Source of the DNA: Candidatus Spongiisociaceae bacterium
GTDB lineage: Bacteria > Actinomycetota > Acidimicrobiia > Spongiisociales > Spongiisociaceae
DNA length: 64,000 bases
Reading direction: 5' to 3'
NCBI GenBank assembly: GCA_965262915.1
Contig: OZ253564.1
Coordinates: forward strand, 3,648,001 to 3,712,000
A program made the translations under genes and the position numbers. Positions 1 to 8,944 of this stretch are shown here, piece after piece. The notes below the pieces were generated by a model, which was not told the DNA's origin, ran no database searches, and worked only from the letters and a program-made list of their open reading frames with translations. The stretch's first letter is position 1. Every line of letters starts with the position of its first letter.

Positions 1-139
1 GGCGGGTTCATCCACGTGTTCGACTCCGCGCCGGTTCGAGACCGAGCTTTACAATAGCCTTCGTCGCCTGTCTGGGCGGGCCGTTACGCACACCCGCCGA
101 TCTGCAGCGGAACTCATCGGAGATTAGGAGGGTCACAGG

Positions 140-922
140 ATGGACACGGCACTGGACCTGTTCCGGCTGGACTCGAAGGTGGCGATGGTCACCGGTGGAA
201 GCAAGGGCATCGGCCGCCACTATGCCGAGGCCCTCGTTGAGGCGGGCGCGCGCGTCGTCGTCGCAGATATTGACCGAGCCATGATCGAGAAGACGTCCGC
301 ACAACTGGAAGCATCGTATCCCTCGCGGACCATGGGCATCTACCTCGACGTGACCGACCGGGAGCTTCTCGAAAAGGCTGTGCAGGAAATCGACCGGCGC
401 TGGGGTGGGCTCGACATCCTGGTCAACAACGCCGGCCTTTACGCTGCTCTGCCCACCCGCGAGTCGGCGTGGGGCATTTCCGACGATGAGTGGGACCGGA
501 TCCTCGCGGTGAACGTCCGCTCCATATACGCAACCACCGAGATCTGCCTGCCGCTGCTGAAGAGAGGGGGTTGGGGCCGGGTGATCAACATCTCCTCCGG
601 TCTGGCCATTCGCGGTTCTCCCCGCCTCATCCATTATTCGGCCACGAAAGCGGCGGTCACGAACCTCACCCGCACGACCGCGCTGGCGGTCGCCGGGACC
701 GGTATAACGGTGAACTCCATCGCGCCCGGTATGACCGCCAGTGACACGGCCCTTGCCGCTAGGGGCGCCGACTACTACAAGAAGCCGGTGGCGCCCCAGG
801 TCATAGATCGGGTGGCCGTTCCGGCTGACCTGATCGGCACCCTCCTCTACCTGGCAACTCCCGCCAGCGACTTCGTGACAGGTCAGATGATCGTCGTGGA
901 CGGGGGCGGTATCTTCCACTGA
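140..922 (+). CDS. Short-chain dehydrogenase/reductase (SDR)
   Basis: TGGSKGIG, NNAG and YSATK (YxxxK) motifs; GGAGG RBS upstream. Confidence 0.95.
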   Translation: MDTALDLFRLDSKVAMVTGGSKGIGRHYAEALVEAGARVVVADIDRAMIEKTSAQLEASYPSRTMGIYLDVTDRELLEKAVQEIDRRWGGLDILVNNAGLYAALPTRESAWGISDDEWDRILAVNVRSIYATTEICLPLLKRGGWGRVINISSGLAIRGSPRLIHYSATKAAVTNLTRTTALAVAGTGITVNSIAPGMTASDTALAARGADYYKKPVAPQVIDRVAVPADLIGTLLYLATPASDFVTGQMIVVDGGGIFH

Positions 923-935
923 ACCGCAGCCACCT

Positions 936-1958
936 TCACCACAGGACCAGCGAGTCCGACAGGAGAAGATCGGGATCCCCGTGTCTGGCGGCCGCCGCCC
1001 GGACGGAGGGATGATCGAGCGTCAGGAGACGACCACCGTCAACCAGAACCTCCCCGTCGACCGTGATGGTGGGCCGGTCGAACTGGCAGTCGCAGTGGGC
1101 CCGACCCGGACCGACCCGGTCGGCAGCATCAAGCGAGTCGATCCCGAAGTAGAACGCACCGGCATGCTTCTCGCGCTCGAACTGCGGGGCGCCTCTCAGC
1201 CGAACCTTGGGGTTCAAACCGATGAAGGCATGGCGAAGGTAATAGCCACGGCGTGAGAAGACTTCGAGATCGCGCGCCTCGGTCCCTCCCGCTATGTCGA
1301 CCACCGAATTGTCCTCGAATCGGATCTTGAGTGGTACAGCCGGGACGCCGGTCACCGTGGACTCCTCGATCACCGCTGTGCCGGACGTGTGCTCCGGATA
1401 CCAGTTCACCCCGCCATAAGGGAAAGGAGACCAGGATCCGGGCACTTCGAGCGGACCGTTGTCGGTATCGAACCGCATGCGACCGAATCGGATATCGGTA
1501 CCGTATGAGGTAGTCACCCGGATCTCGGAGGAGCCGACGACACGGTCGAGCACGCGCCTCTTGATCTCATAGAAGACCTCTGATGGAAACCGCGCTCCCG
1601 TCGTGAACGCTCCGAGTGTCGCGGTCTGGTGTAGGGCGGCGAGCCTCGATCCGAGCCGCCCCAGTTCCGTGAAGAAGAGCGGTCTTGTATGCACCTCGGC
1701 CCACCACGCGCAGGAGATGACTACGTCGGCTGCCTTCCACGCGGCCACGACGATCGGGCTCGGATCGGCCAAACCCATACCGCCGGGTTTCCATGGGTCC
1801 ACATAGAGGGTGGATACATTCCCTCCGTTGAGAGCAGCAGCCGAAGTGATGGCTCCGATGACCTCCGGGTGCACGGAGTGCTCGGCCAGAACCAGGACGT
1901 ACTCGCCGGCGGTCAGCGAAACGTAGTCCATGAGATTCTTTGCTCCGGCCATCAGCAC
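936..1958 (-). CDS. M29/aminopeptidase-T-fold protein, NicX (2,5-dihydroxypyridine dioxygenase)-like
   Basis: IRVTTSYGTD, GEV-like GGVNWYP, RHAFIGLNP and C-terminal HCD; His + HxD ligand pattern. Confidence 0.7.
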   Translation of the reverse strand: MLMAGAKNLMDYVSLTAGEYVLVLAEHSVHPEVIGAITSAAALNGGNVSTLYVDPWKPGGMGLADPSPIVVAAWKAADVVISCAWWAEVHTRPLFFTELGRLGSRLAALHQTATLGAFTTGARFPSEVFYEIKRRVLDRVVGSSEIRVTTSYGTDIRFGRMRFDTDNGPLEVPGSWSPFPYGGVNWYPEHTSGTAVIEESTVTGVPAVPLKIRFEDNSVVDIAGGTEARDLEVFSRRGYYLRHAFIGLNPKVRLRGAPQFEREKHAGAFYFGIDSLDAADRVGPGRAHCDCQFDRPTITVDGEVLVDGGRLLTLDHPSVRAAAARHGDPDLLLSDSLVLW

Positions 1959-2624
1959 CGGCGTCAGCCCGGGACCCGGCGGGTTGAGATCGACGTAGGC
2001 TCGGGGCTCTATACTGCCGCCTCCAATCGGTATGTCAACCAGAGCTTCGATCGTAATCGGAGACCCTGACGAGCAACTCCCCGGTTCGTGTACCGGGTTC
2101 CGAGCTGCCTTGGTCTATCCCTGTATAGGTTACTCCGGTGCTCGTCCTGCAGCCGACACCGTGAGCCATCTCAACGTCGAATCCTGATTGTGGGTGCTGC
2201 GGGATCGTCACTCTCATAGCGCGGTGCGCACCGCTTGCGCTTGCCGGCCATGAGTCGCTTCGATGGTCCTTGCCAGGCGGACCCGATGGTCGGCTGGACC
2301 GAAGAGGCGTCTGCCTCGACTCCTGCTCGAGACCGTCCAGCCTACGAGGAGCTCTGCCTACACGCCTTGGTGGAGCACCCGGAACGAACGGGGTGGGGCC
2401 GGGATGACTTCCTCGGTCTTCGGCATTTGCGACCGGGCCATGAGGTTCCCCGGCGGATCCTTCCCGAGCAAACAGGAAGTACGAACAAACCGGCCGCAAC
2501 CAGCACAGCGACACGGCTAACTTAGGTCGGCAAGGCGTAACCAGAGCCCCGGCGCGAGCGGCTTGGACGGCAGGCCTGGGCGCGGTGGCGGACTCATCCA
2601 CCAGAATCGACGGAGGTCAGGAGA

Positions 2625-3659
2625 ATGCCAACCATGAAGGCTGCACAGGTTCACGAAGACCTGAGCTTGAACGTGAACGAAGTGGAGAGACCCTCGCCAG
2701 GTCCGGGCGAGGCGCTGGTCCGACTGCATGCGGCGGGGGTATGCGCCACCGATCTGCATGTCCTCGAGGGCATGATCCAGCCCGACGAGTACCCGATGAC
2801 GGTAGGGCACGAGGGGGCCGGTGTCGTGGTCGAGGTGGGTGAAGGAGCCGCGGTTTCCGTCGGCGACCGGGTAGCCGTCTACAACAAGATCTTCTGCGGT
2901 GCGTGCGAGCAGTGCCTGGTCGGGCGCCAGAACATATGTGACAACGAGCCCGGGCAGTTCGGCTTCAACCTGGACGGAGAGTACGCCGAGTACGTCAACG
3001 CTCCTTCCCGGAATCTGGTCGCCCTACCCGACAATGTCGATTACGGAACCGCCTCGGTGCTCGCCTGCGCCGGCATGACTGCGGTTCATGCGGCCCGGCT
3101 CTCCAATCTGAGCGTCGGAGAGACAGCCGTCGTCAACGGGATCGGGGGGGTCGGCTCGATGGTGCTCCAGGTCGCTGCGCTGGCCGGGGCACGCGTCCTC
3201 GCAGTCGCCGACACCGAGGACAAGCTGGAACTCGCCAAGTCGTACGGCGCGGCCGGGGGCCTGGTGGTCCCCGATGCCGAAGGGTACGACGAGTTGCCCG
3301 ACCGCATCCGGACTTTGACCGGAGGAAGGGGCACCGACCTCTTCTTCGAGCTGGTCGGCACCACGAAGACCATGCTCGCCGGAGTCCGCTCCCTGGCCAA
3401 GCATGGAAGATTCGTGTCCACCGGATACACCGGCGAGTCCCTGGAAATACACCCGATCGAGTTCATCCTTCCCGAGATCGTCTGGGTTTCCACGGTGGCG
3501 GCCACCGTCCGCGACCTCTCCGATGCCATCCGCCTCGCCGCCGACGGGCATATCTCGGTACCCATAGCTGCCACGTACCCGCTTGACGGCGCGGCGGAAG
3601 CACTGGAGAACCTGAGGCAGCGACGGGTGCTCGGCCGCCAGATCCTTGCCTTGGCATGA
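2625..3659 (+). CDS. Zinc-dependent alcohol dehydrogenase (MDR)
   Basis: GVCATD, GHEGAG, CGACEQC..C structural Zn site, GIGGVG. Confidence 0.95.
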   Translation: MPTMKAAQVHEDLSLNVNEVERPSPGPGEALVRLHAAGVCATDLHVLEGMIQPDEYPMTVGHEGAGVVVEVGEGAAVSVGDRVAVYNKIFCGACEQCLVGRQNICDNEPGQFGFNLDGEYAEYVNAPSRNLVALPDNVDYGTASVLACAGMTAVHAARLSNLSVGETAVVNGIGGVGSMVLQVAALAGARVLAVADTEDKLELAKSYGAAGGLVVPDAEGYDELPDRIRTLTGGRGTDLFFELVGTTKTMLAGVRSLAKHGRFVSTGYTGESLEIHPIEFILPEIVWVSTVAATVRDLSDAIRLAADGHISVPIAATYPLDGAAEALENLRQRRVLGRQILALA

Positions 3660-3679
3660 AGTAAGGGAGGAACAGGAGC

Positions 3680-5197
3680 ATGACAGTCATAGAACGTCCC
3701 AGCATCGACTTCCTGACCCGGCCCAAACGGCTCTTCATAGGCGGTGAATGGGTCGACGGGACCGACTCCTTCTTGACCAGTGACCCCGCCACCGGGGAAG
3801 TGCTGGCCGAGATACCGATCGCCGGCCAGCACCAGGTCGACCAAGCTGTAAGAGCAGCGCAGCACGCGTTCGACAACGGCTGGCGGGACATTGCGCCCAC
3901 CGAACGGCAACGGCTCATCTGGAGACTGGGTGACCTTCTGGAGGAGCACAAGGACGAGTTCGCGGTTCTCGAAGTCCTGGACAACGGCAAGCCGCTGTGG
4001 GAGGCCGAGCTCGTCGACATCGCCCTGTCGATCGAGATCCTCCGCTACTACGCCGGCTGGGCCACCAAGATCCATGGTGATCTCCTGCCGAACAGCATTC
4101 CCGGACTGATCAGCCTTCGCAAGCGCGAACCGATCGGCGTGGTCGGGGCGATCGCGCCGTGGAACTTCCCGCTGCTGGAGATCATCTACAAGATCGGTCC
4201 CGCACTGGCGGCCGGGTGCACCATTGTGGGCAAGCCGGCCACGTGGACACCGCTCACCACCCTGCGGTTCGCGGAGTTGGTCAACGAGGCCGGGATCCCG
4301 CCGGGAGTGATCAACATCGTCACCGGTCCGGGTCCCGAAGTGGGCGGCGCCATCGCTTCCCACCCTGGGATCGACAAGGTTGCATTCACCGGCCAGACCC
4401 AGACCGGCCAGGAGATCCTGAGGAGGGCGATCCCGACTCTCAAGCGCGTCTCGTTGGAGTTGGGCGGCAAGAGCCCGAACGTGGTATTCGCCGACGCCCA
4501 CCGGGAAGCGGCCATGGCCGGCGCCTTCGGCGGGGCCTTCTTCAACCAGGGCCAAGCATGCGTGGCCGGATCCCGACTCTTCGTCGAGGAATCGATCGCG
4601 GATGGTTTTGCGGAGGAGTTAACGCAGAAGGCTAAAGGGGTACGGCTCGGTCAGGGCCTGAACCCCGACTCCCAGATGGGACCTCTGGTCTCGGCCGCCC
4701 ACCGGGAAACCGTCAAGGGTTACATAGCCGCCGCCGACGACGGGGGAGCCGACATCGTCACCGGCGGACGCGAGGCTACCGTGGAGGGTCTCGAGGGCGG
4801 CTACTTCCTGGAGCCCACGGTGGTGGACGGGGTCACCAACGACATGACCGTCGCCCAGGAGGAGATCTTCGGGCCGGTAGTGTCGATCCTCCGTTTCTCG
4901 GATTGGGACGAACTCATCTCGCTGGCAAACGACATCCGCTACGGACTGGCGGCCGGGGTATGGACCTCGGACATCAATAAGGCACTGAAGTTCGCCGACG
5001 CGGTACGGGCAGGCACGGTATGGATCAACACCTACGGCATGTTCGACGTGGCGGTCCCCTTCGGCGGCCAGAAGATGTCCGGCTTCGGCGGGCGCGAGCT
5101 TGGTGAGGAGGCGCTCGACGCCTACCTGCAGGCCAAGTCGATCTGGATCGATACGGAGGCGGTGATCCCGACCCAGGGACAGGGCATCTCCCGCTGA
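3680..5197 (+). CDS. NAD(P)-dependent aldehyde dehydrogenase
   Basis: PWNFP, LELGGKSP, catalytic Cys in NQGQACVAGS, EEIFGPV. Confidence 0.97.
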   Translation: MTVIERPSIDFLTRPKRLFIGGEWVDGTDSFLTSDPATGEVLAEIPIAGQHQVDQAVRAAQHAFDNGWRDIAPTERQRLIWRLGDLLEEHKDEFAVLEVLDNGKPLWEAELVDIALSIEILRYYAGWATKIHGDLLPNSIPGLISLRKREPIGVVGAIAPWNFPLLEIIYKIGPALAAGCTIVGKPATWTPLTTLRFAELVNEAGIPPGVINIVTGPGPEVGGAIASHPGIDKVAFTGQTQTGQEILRRAIPTLKRVSLELGGKSPNVVFADAHREAAMAGAFGGAFFNQGQACVAGSRLFVEESIADGFAEELTQKAKGVRLGQGLNPDSQMGPLVSAAHRETVKGYIAAADDGGADIVTGGREATVEGLEGGYFLEPTVVDGVTNDMTVAQEEIFGPVVSILRFSDWDELISLANDIRYGLAAGVWTSDINKALKFADAVRAGTVWINTYGMFDVAVPFGGQKMSGFGGRELGEEALDAYLQAKSIWIDTEAVIPTQGQGISR

Positions 5198-5284
5198 CCC
5201 GTCGCGGCCCGGCCTGCAGGCGCACCCGGGTATGGCTACTCGGCCAGACGGTTTCCAACGGCCTGAGAGTTGAGGACGCCTCCC

Positions 5285-5451
5285 AATGGTCGGTCTGTGG
5301 AATGGCGGCGTGGTATGCGTCCCCAGGGGCGTTCCTCGCAAGGCCCGCCGACGAAGGCGTACCCGCAGCGGTACGTCGAGGAGGTGGAACCCAGCGAGGG
5401 GCGTCGGTGGCAAGCAGAGCGCGCCAGGTTGTCTCGCAGACAGACCACTAG
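5285..5451. repeat. MITE-like intergenic repeat, family A, long copy
   Basis: Shares AATGGCGGCGTGGTATGCG, CAGCGAGGGGCGTCGGTGGC and GACAGACCACTAG with 58016-58116; imperfect terminal IR; internal CGTACC/GGTACG hairpin. Confidence 0.7.
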
Positions 5452-5496
5452 CGATCATCTATCGTTCCGGGGCAACAGGAGCGAAGGAGGCTTGGG

Positions 5497-6357
5497 GTGG
5501 ACAAACTCGTACAACCTGACTGGCTCGAGGAAAACCTAAGCGCCCCCGACCTGCGCATCCTCGACTGCTCGGTGGTATTCGAGAGGATCGACGGGGTTCT
5601 CAACATCGAGAGCGCTCGGGAGCGCTGGAACCAGGAGCACATACCCGGGAGCGTTCACGTCGACCTGATGACGGAGCTATCCGACGAGACCTCCGAACTC
5701 GGGTTCATGATGCCGTCCAACCAGCAGATCGTATCCGTGATGCGCAGGGTGGGTGTCGGAGAAGGAACCAGGGTCGTCCTCTACGATTTCGACAAGAACA
5801 TGTGGGCCGCGCGGGTCTGGTGGATGCTCCACTCCCTGGGTTTCGACAGCGCGGGGATCCTGGACGGGGGTCTGCGCCGCTGGAAGGCGCAGGGTCGTTC
5901 TGTCAGCACCGAACCCGCTCCTCAACATCCGGAGGCCACGTTCGTGGTTCGCCCGCGACCGGGGATCTTCGTGGGAAAGGACGAGGTGCTCGCCGCGATC
6001 GGAGACGACGATGTCGCCATCGTCGACGCCCTCCCCCCGGCCTTTTACAGCGGCTCGGTCAACGAGTACGGGCGCCGCGGCCATATCCCGACCGCCGTCA
6101 ACGTGCCCGCCGGATACCTTGCGGACCACCGCACCCATGCCTACGCCGAGCCTGACGAACTCCGGCGCCTGGCCGCTCCGGCCCTCGAGTCCGGGACCGG
6201 CAAGACGATCGCCTACTGCGGTGGAGGCATCTCCGCAGCGAGCACAGCTTTCGCGCTGTCGCTCCTCGGGGTGGAGCAGGTATCGATCTACGACGGCTCG
6301 CTGGGCGAGTGGGCAGGCGATCCTTCGTTGCCTCTCGAGGTCTCACCAGCCGGATGA
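5497..6357 (+). CDS. Tandem-rhodanese sulfurtransferase (SseA/TST-like)
   Basis: HIPGS, AARVWW, GHIPTA, catalytic loop YCGGG, YDGSLGEW. Confidence 0.93.
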   Translation: MDKLVQPDWLEENLSAPDLRILDCSVVFERIDGVLNIESARERWNQEHIPGSVHVDLMTELSDETSELGFMMPSNQQIVSVMRRVGVGEGTRVVLYDFDKNMWAARVWWMLHSLGFDSAGILDGGLRRWKAQGRSVSTEPAPQHPEATFVVRPRPGIFVGKDEVLAAIGDDDVAIVDALPPAFYSGSVNEYGRRGHIPTAVNVPAGYLADHRTHAYAEPDELRRLAAPALESGTGKTIAYCGGGISAASTAFALSLLGVEQVSIYDGSLGEWAGDPSLPLEVSPAG

Positions 6358-6390
6358 TCGATCCCGGTAGGTCTGCGGGAGAGGACACCA

Positions 6391-7581
6391 GTGGACGCTG
6401 ACGGGACAGCCCGGGCGGCGATCGAGTCGGTGGATCTGGGCCTCGCCGTCGACCTGTGCCGGCAGGTGTCGCGCATCCCCAGCGTCCTCGGCGAAGAGGG
6501 ACCGCTGGCGGAGTTCATCGCCGGCACGCTGCGGGATCTGGGGTTCGAGAAGGTGGAACTCCAGCCGGTCCTGCCGGAGCGACCCAACGCGATAGGAGAG
6601 CTGTCTTTCGGTCCCAGCCGGCGGGTGGTCCTCACTGGGCATCTTGACACCAAACCCGTATCCCACGGCTGGACGGCTGCGGAGCCGTACTCCGGTGACC
6701 TGGTGGATGGCCGGGTGTACGGCCACGGGATCATGGACATGAAAGGGGCCCTCGCCTGCCAGATCGTGGCGCTTGCAGGACTGAAGGATGCCGGGCTGCC
6801 CCTCACGGGAACCGCGGGCTTCGCTGCGGTGTCGGATCACATGGGAGACCAGCGGGGTTCGATCACCTACTTCGAAACTCATCCAGCAGATCTGTGCGTG
6901 CTCGGAGAGTTGAGCGAGAGCACCATCTGCCTGGGCCATCGAGGTCGGTACTACTTCGACGTGCATGTCTACGGACGCTCCGCCCACACCTGCCACAAGC
7001 ACGACGCCGTCAACGCCAATTACCTGGCGGCGCTGGCAGTCATCGAGCTGGACCGCTCCCGGCTGGAACCCGAGCTGGAACCCTGGGTGGCCGATCTGTT
7101 CGGCAGGGAGACCTTCATGTCCCCCGGCCGTATCTACGGGGGCCTTCCGCCGGGCGGACCTTCCATGATCCCGGACGAATGCGTGATCAGGGTGGACTGC
7201 CGACCCCAGCCCGGTGTCAGCAAGGCCACGGTCAGAGCCGAGATCAACCGGGCCCTGGCCGCCGCGGCGGAGAAGGACAGCCGGTTCAGGGCCGAGGTGA
7301 TGCTCGCCGATGAGAAGGCCGGCCACCTCGTAGATCGGGACTCAGAGGTGGTGAACCTGATGCGGGAAGCGGTACGGGCCGCGCGACCGGGGCAGGAGCC
7401 GTCGGTCCGGGTGGAGGGCTGGCTGGGGGACACGTCCAGCTTCGGACCGCTGGTCGAGACGGTGATCTTCGGTCCCGGCGGAGAGCCGGTCTACTCGGCC
7501 GACGAGAACCTCTCGGTCGAAGACATCCACGACGCCACGAAGGTCTACGCAGCCTTCGCCGCCCTGGCCCTTTCGGCATGA
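6391..7581 (+). CDS. M20 family metallo-amidohydrolase (ArgE/DapE-like)
   Basis: GHLDT, GHGIMDMKG, GRSAH; the usual DEE is replaced by SDHM and the terminal His by YSADE. Confidence 0.85.
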   Translation: MDADGTARAAIESVDLGLAVDLCRQVSRIPSVLGEEGPLAEFIAGTLRDLGFEKVELQPVLPERPNAIGELSFGPSRRVVLTGHLDTKPVSHGWTAAEPYSGDLVDGRVYGHGIMDMKGALACQIVALAGLKDAGLPLTGTAGFAAVSDHMGDQRGSITYFETHPADLCVLGELSESTICLGHRGRYYFDVHVYGRSAHTCHKHDAVNANYLAALAVIELDRSRLEPELEPWVADLFGRETFMSPGRIYGGLPPGGPSMIPDECVIRVDCRPQPGVSKATVRAEINRALAAAAEKDSRFRAEVMLADEKAGHLVDRDSEVVNLMREAVRAARPGQEPSVRVEGWLGDTSSFGPLVETVIFGPGGEPVYSADENLSVEDIHDATKVYAAFAALALSA

Positions 7582-8540
7582 GCTACCCGGGTTTCGACAC
7601 CGTCCTCGACTCGTGCCTCCGGGTACGACCGGGTGAGGAAGTCCTGCTGGTCACCGACGAGGGTACGGACACCGATGTGGTGGCGGGGTTCGCCGAAGGG
7701 ATATCGTCCCGCGGCGGCGTCCCGCTCGTAGCCCGGATGCCGATGCCCCCCATCCCCGGCGCCGAGCCACCTCGATCAGTGGCCGCCGCTCTCCTCTCGG
7801 CCGGAGCTGCCATCGAGTTGACCAGCCTGTTCGTCGGCTCCAGCCGGGCGCGCCAGAGGGCCTCCGCAGCCGGGGTCCGGTACCTGGCCATGCCGGGCGT
7901 GGAACTGGGCACCTTCCGGGAGAACGGCCCCCTGACCGTCGATTTCGACTCGCAGCGCGCGCTCGCCACCGCGGTGGGGGCGGCTTGGGATCGCGGGTCC
8001 TGGTTCCGGCTGACCAGCGCCGCCGGAACCGACCTCCGGGGTTCCGTAGAGAACCGGGCCGGGCGAGTCCTCGACGGTATCGCCCGAGCGGACGGGCAGT
8101 ACATGGCGCCACCCGACATCGAGGCGGGCACCGCGCCCGTCGAGGAAACCACCTCGGGAGTGGTGGTGATCGACGGCGATCTCCTGTTCATGGGCCGGGG
8201 TCCGCTTCCCGAGCCGGTCGTCATGCACTTCGAGAAGGGGCGGATGGTCGGAGTGGAGGGAACCCATAAGGATCGCCTTCTGGAGATGATTTCCCGCTGC
8301 GACGACGACCGGATGAGCAACCTGGCGGAAGTGTCCATGGGCCTCAATCCTCTCGGAACCATATGCAGCGTCCCGATGGAGACCGAGTCGGCGCTGGGTA
8401 CGGCTCATATCGCCCTCGGCAACTCCATCGCCTATGGGGGAACGGTCAACGCGGCCGCCCACCTCGATTGCGTGATGGCTCGCGCCACCCTCGAGATCGA
8501 CGGCGCGGTGGTGATCAGCAACGGAGACCTCGCAGGGTGA
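7578..8540 (+). CDS. Aminopeptidase-T (M29)-fold metallohydrolase
   Basis: AAGTDLRG, LAEVSMGLNP, ETESALGTAHIALG, HLD; ATGA-coupled to upstream gene. Confidence 0.8.
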   Translation: MSYPGFDTVLDSCLRVRPGEEVLLVTDEGTDTDVVAGFAEGISSRGGVPLVARMPMPPIPGAEPPRSVAAALLSAGAAIELTSLFVGSSRARQRASAAGVRYLAMPGVELGTFRENGPLTVDFDSQRALATAVGAAWDRGSWFRLTSAAGTDLRGSVENRAGRVLDGIARADGQYMAPPDIEAGTAPVEETTSGVVVIDGDLLFMGRGPLPEPVVMHFEKGRMVGVEGTHKDRLLEMISRCDDDRMSNLAEVSMGLNPLGTICSVPMETESALGTAHIALGNSIAYGGTVNAAAHLDCVMARATLEIDGAVVISNGDLAG

Positions 8541-8944
8541 GCAGGCCCCGTATCCTGCTGGCCAAGCCGGGTCTCGATGGCCATGACCGTGGAGTGAAGG
8601 TCATCGCGATGGCGTTGAGGGACGCGGGGGCCGAAGTGATCTTCCTGGGGCTGCGGCAGTCGCCCCAAAGGATCGTCGCGGCCGCCGTACAGGAGAGCGC
8701 CGACGTGATCGGCGTCTCGGTGCTGTCCGGGGCCCATGTGGCGCTGTGTCGCCAACTGGCGGAGGAACGATCCAAGGCCGGCATCGAAGACGTGCCGATC
8801 GTCGTCGGAGGAACCATCCCGAGGGCCGACATCGACAAGCTCAGAGGGGTAGGGGTCTCCGGAGTGTTCCCGGTCGGGTCCCCGCTCGATGAGGTCGTGG
8901 ACGGCATCCTCCGGGAGGCGTCCGCCTCCCGCGTCGCCCGATGA
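8537..8944 (+). CDS. Cobalamin-binding small subunit of acyl-CoA mutase
   Basis: KPGLDGHDRG (DxHxxG), SVLSGAH, VGG; GTG start overlaps previous stop. Confidence 0.95.
   Translation: MSRPRILLAKPGLDGHDRGVKVIAMALRDAGAEVIFLGLRQSPQRIVAAAVQESADVIGVSVLSGAHVALCRQLAEERSKAGIEDVPIVVGGTIPRADIDKLRGVGVSGVFPVGSPLDEVVDGILREASASRVAR

Noticed and set aside
1960-2620. Short ORFs or a cobalamin riboswitch in the divergent spacer
   Set aside because: No recognisable domain or B12 box; may be an eroded gene
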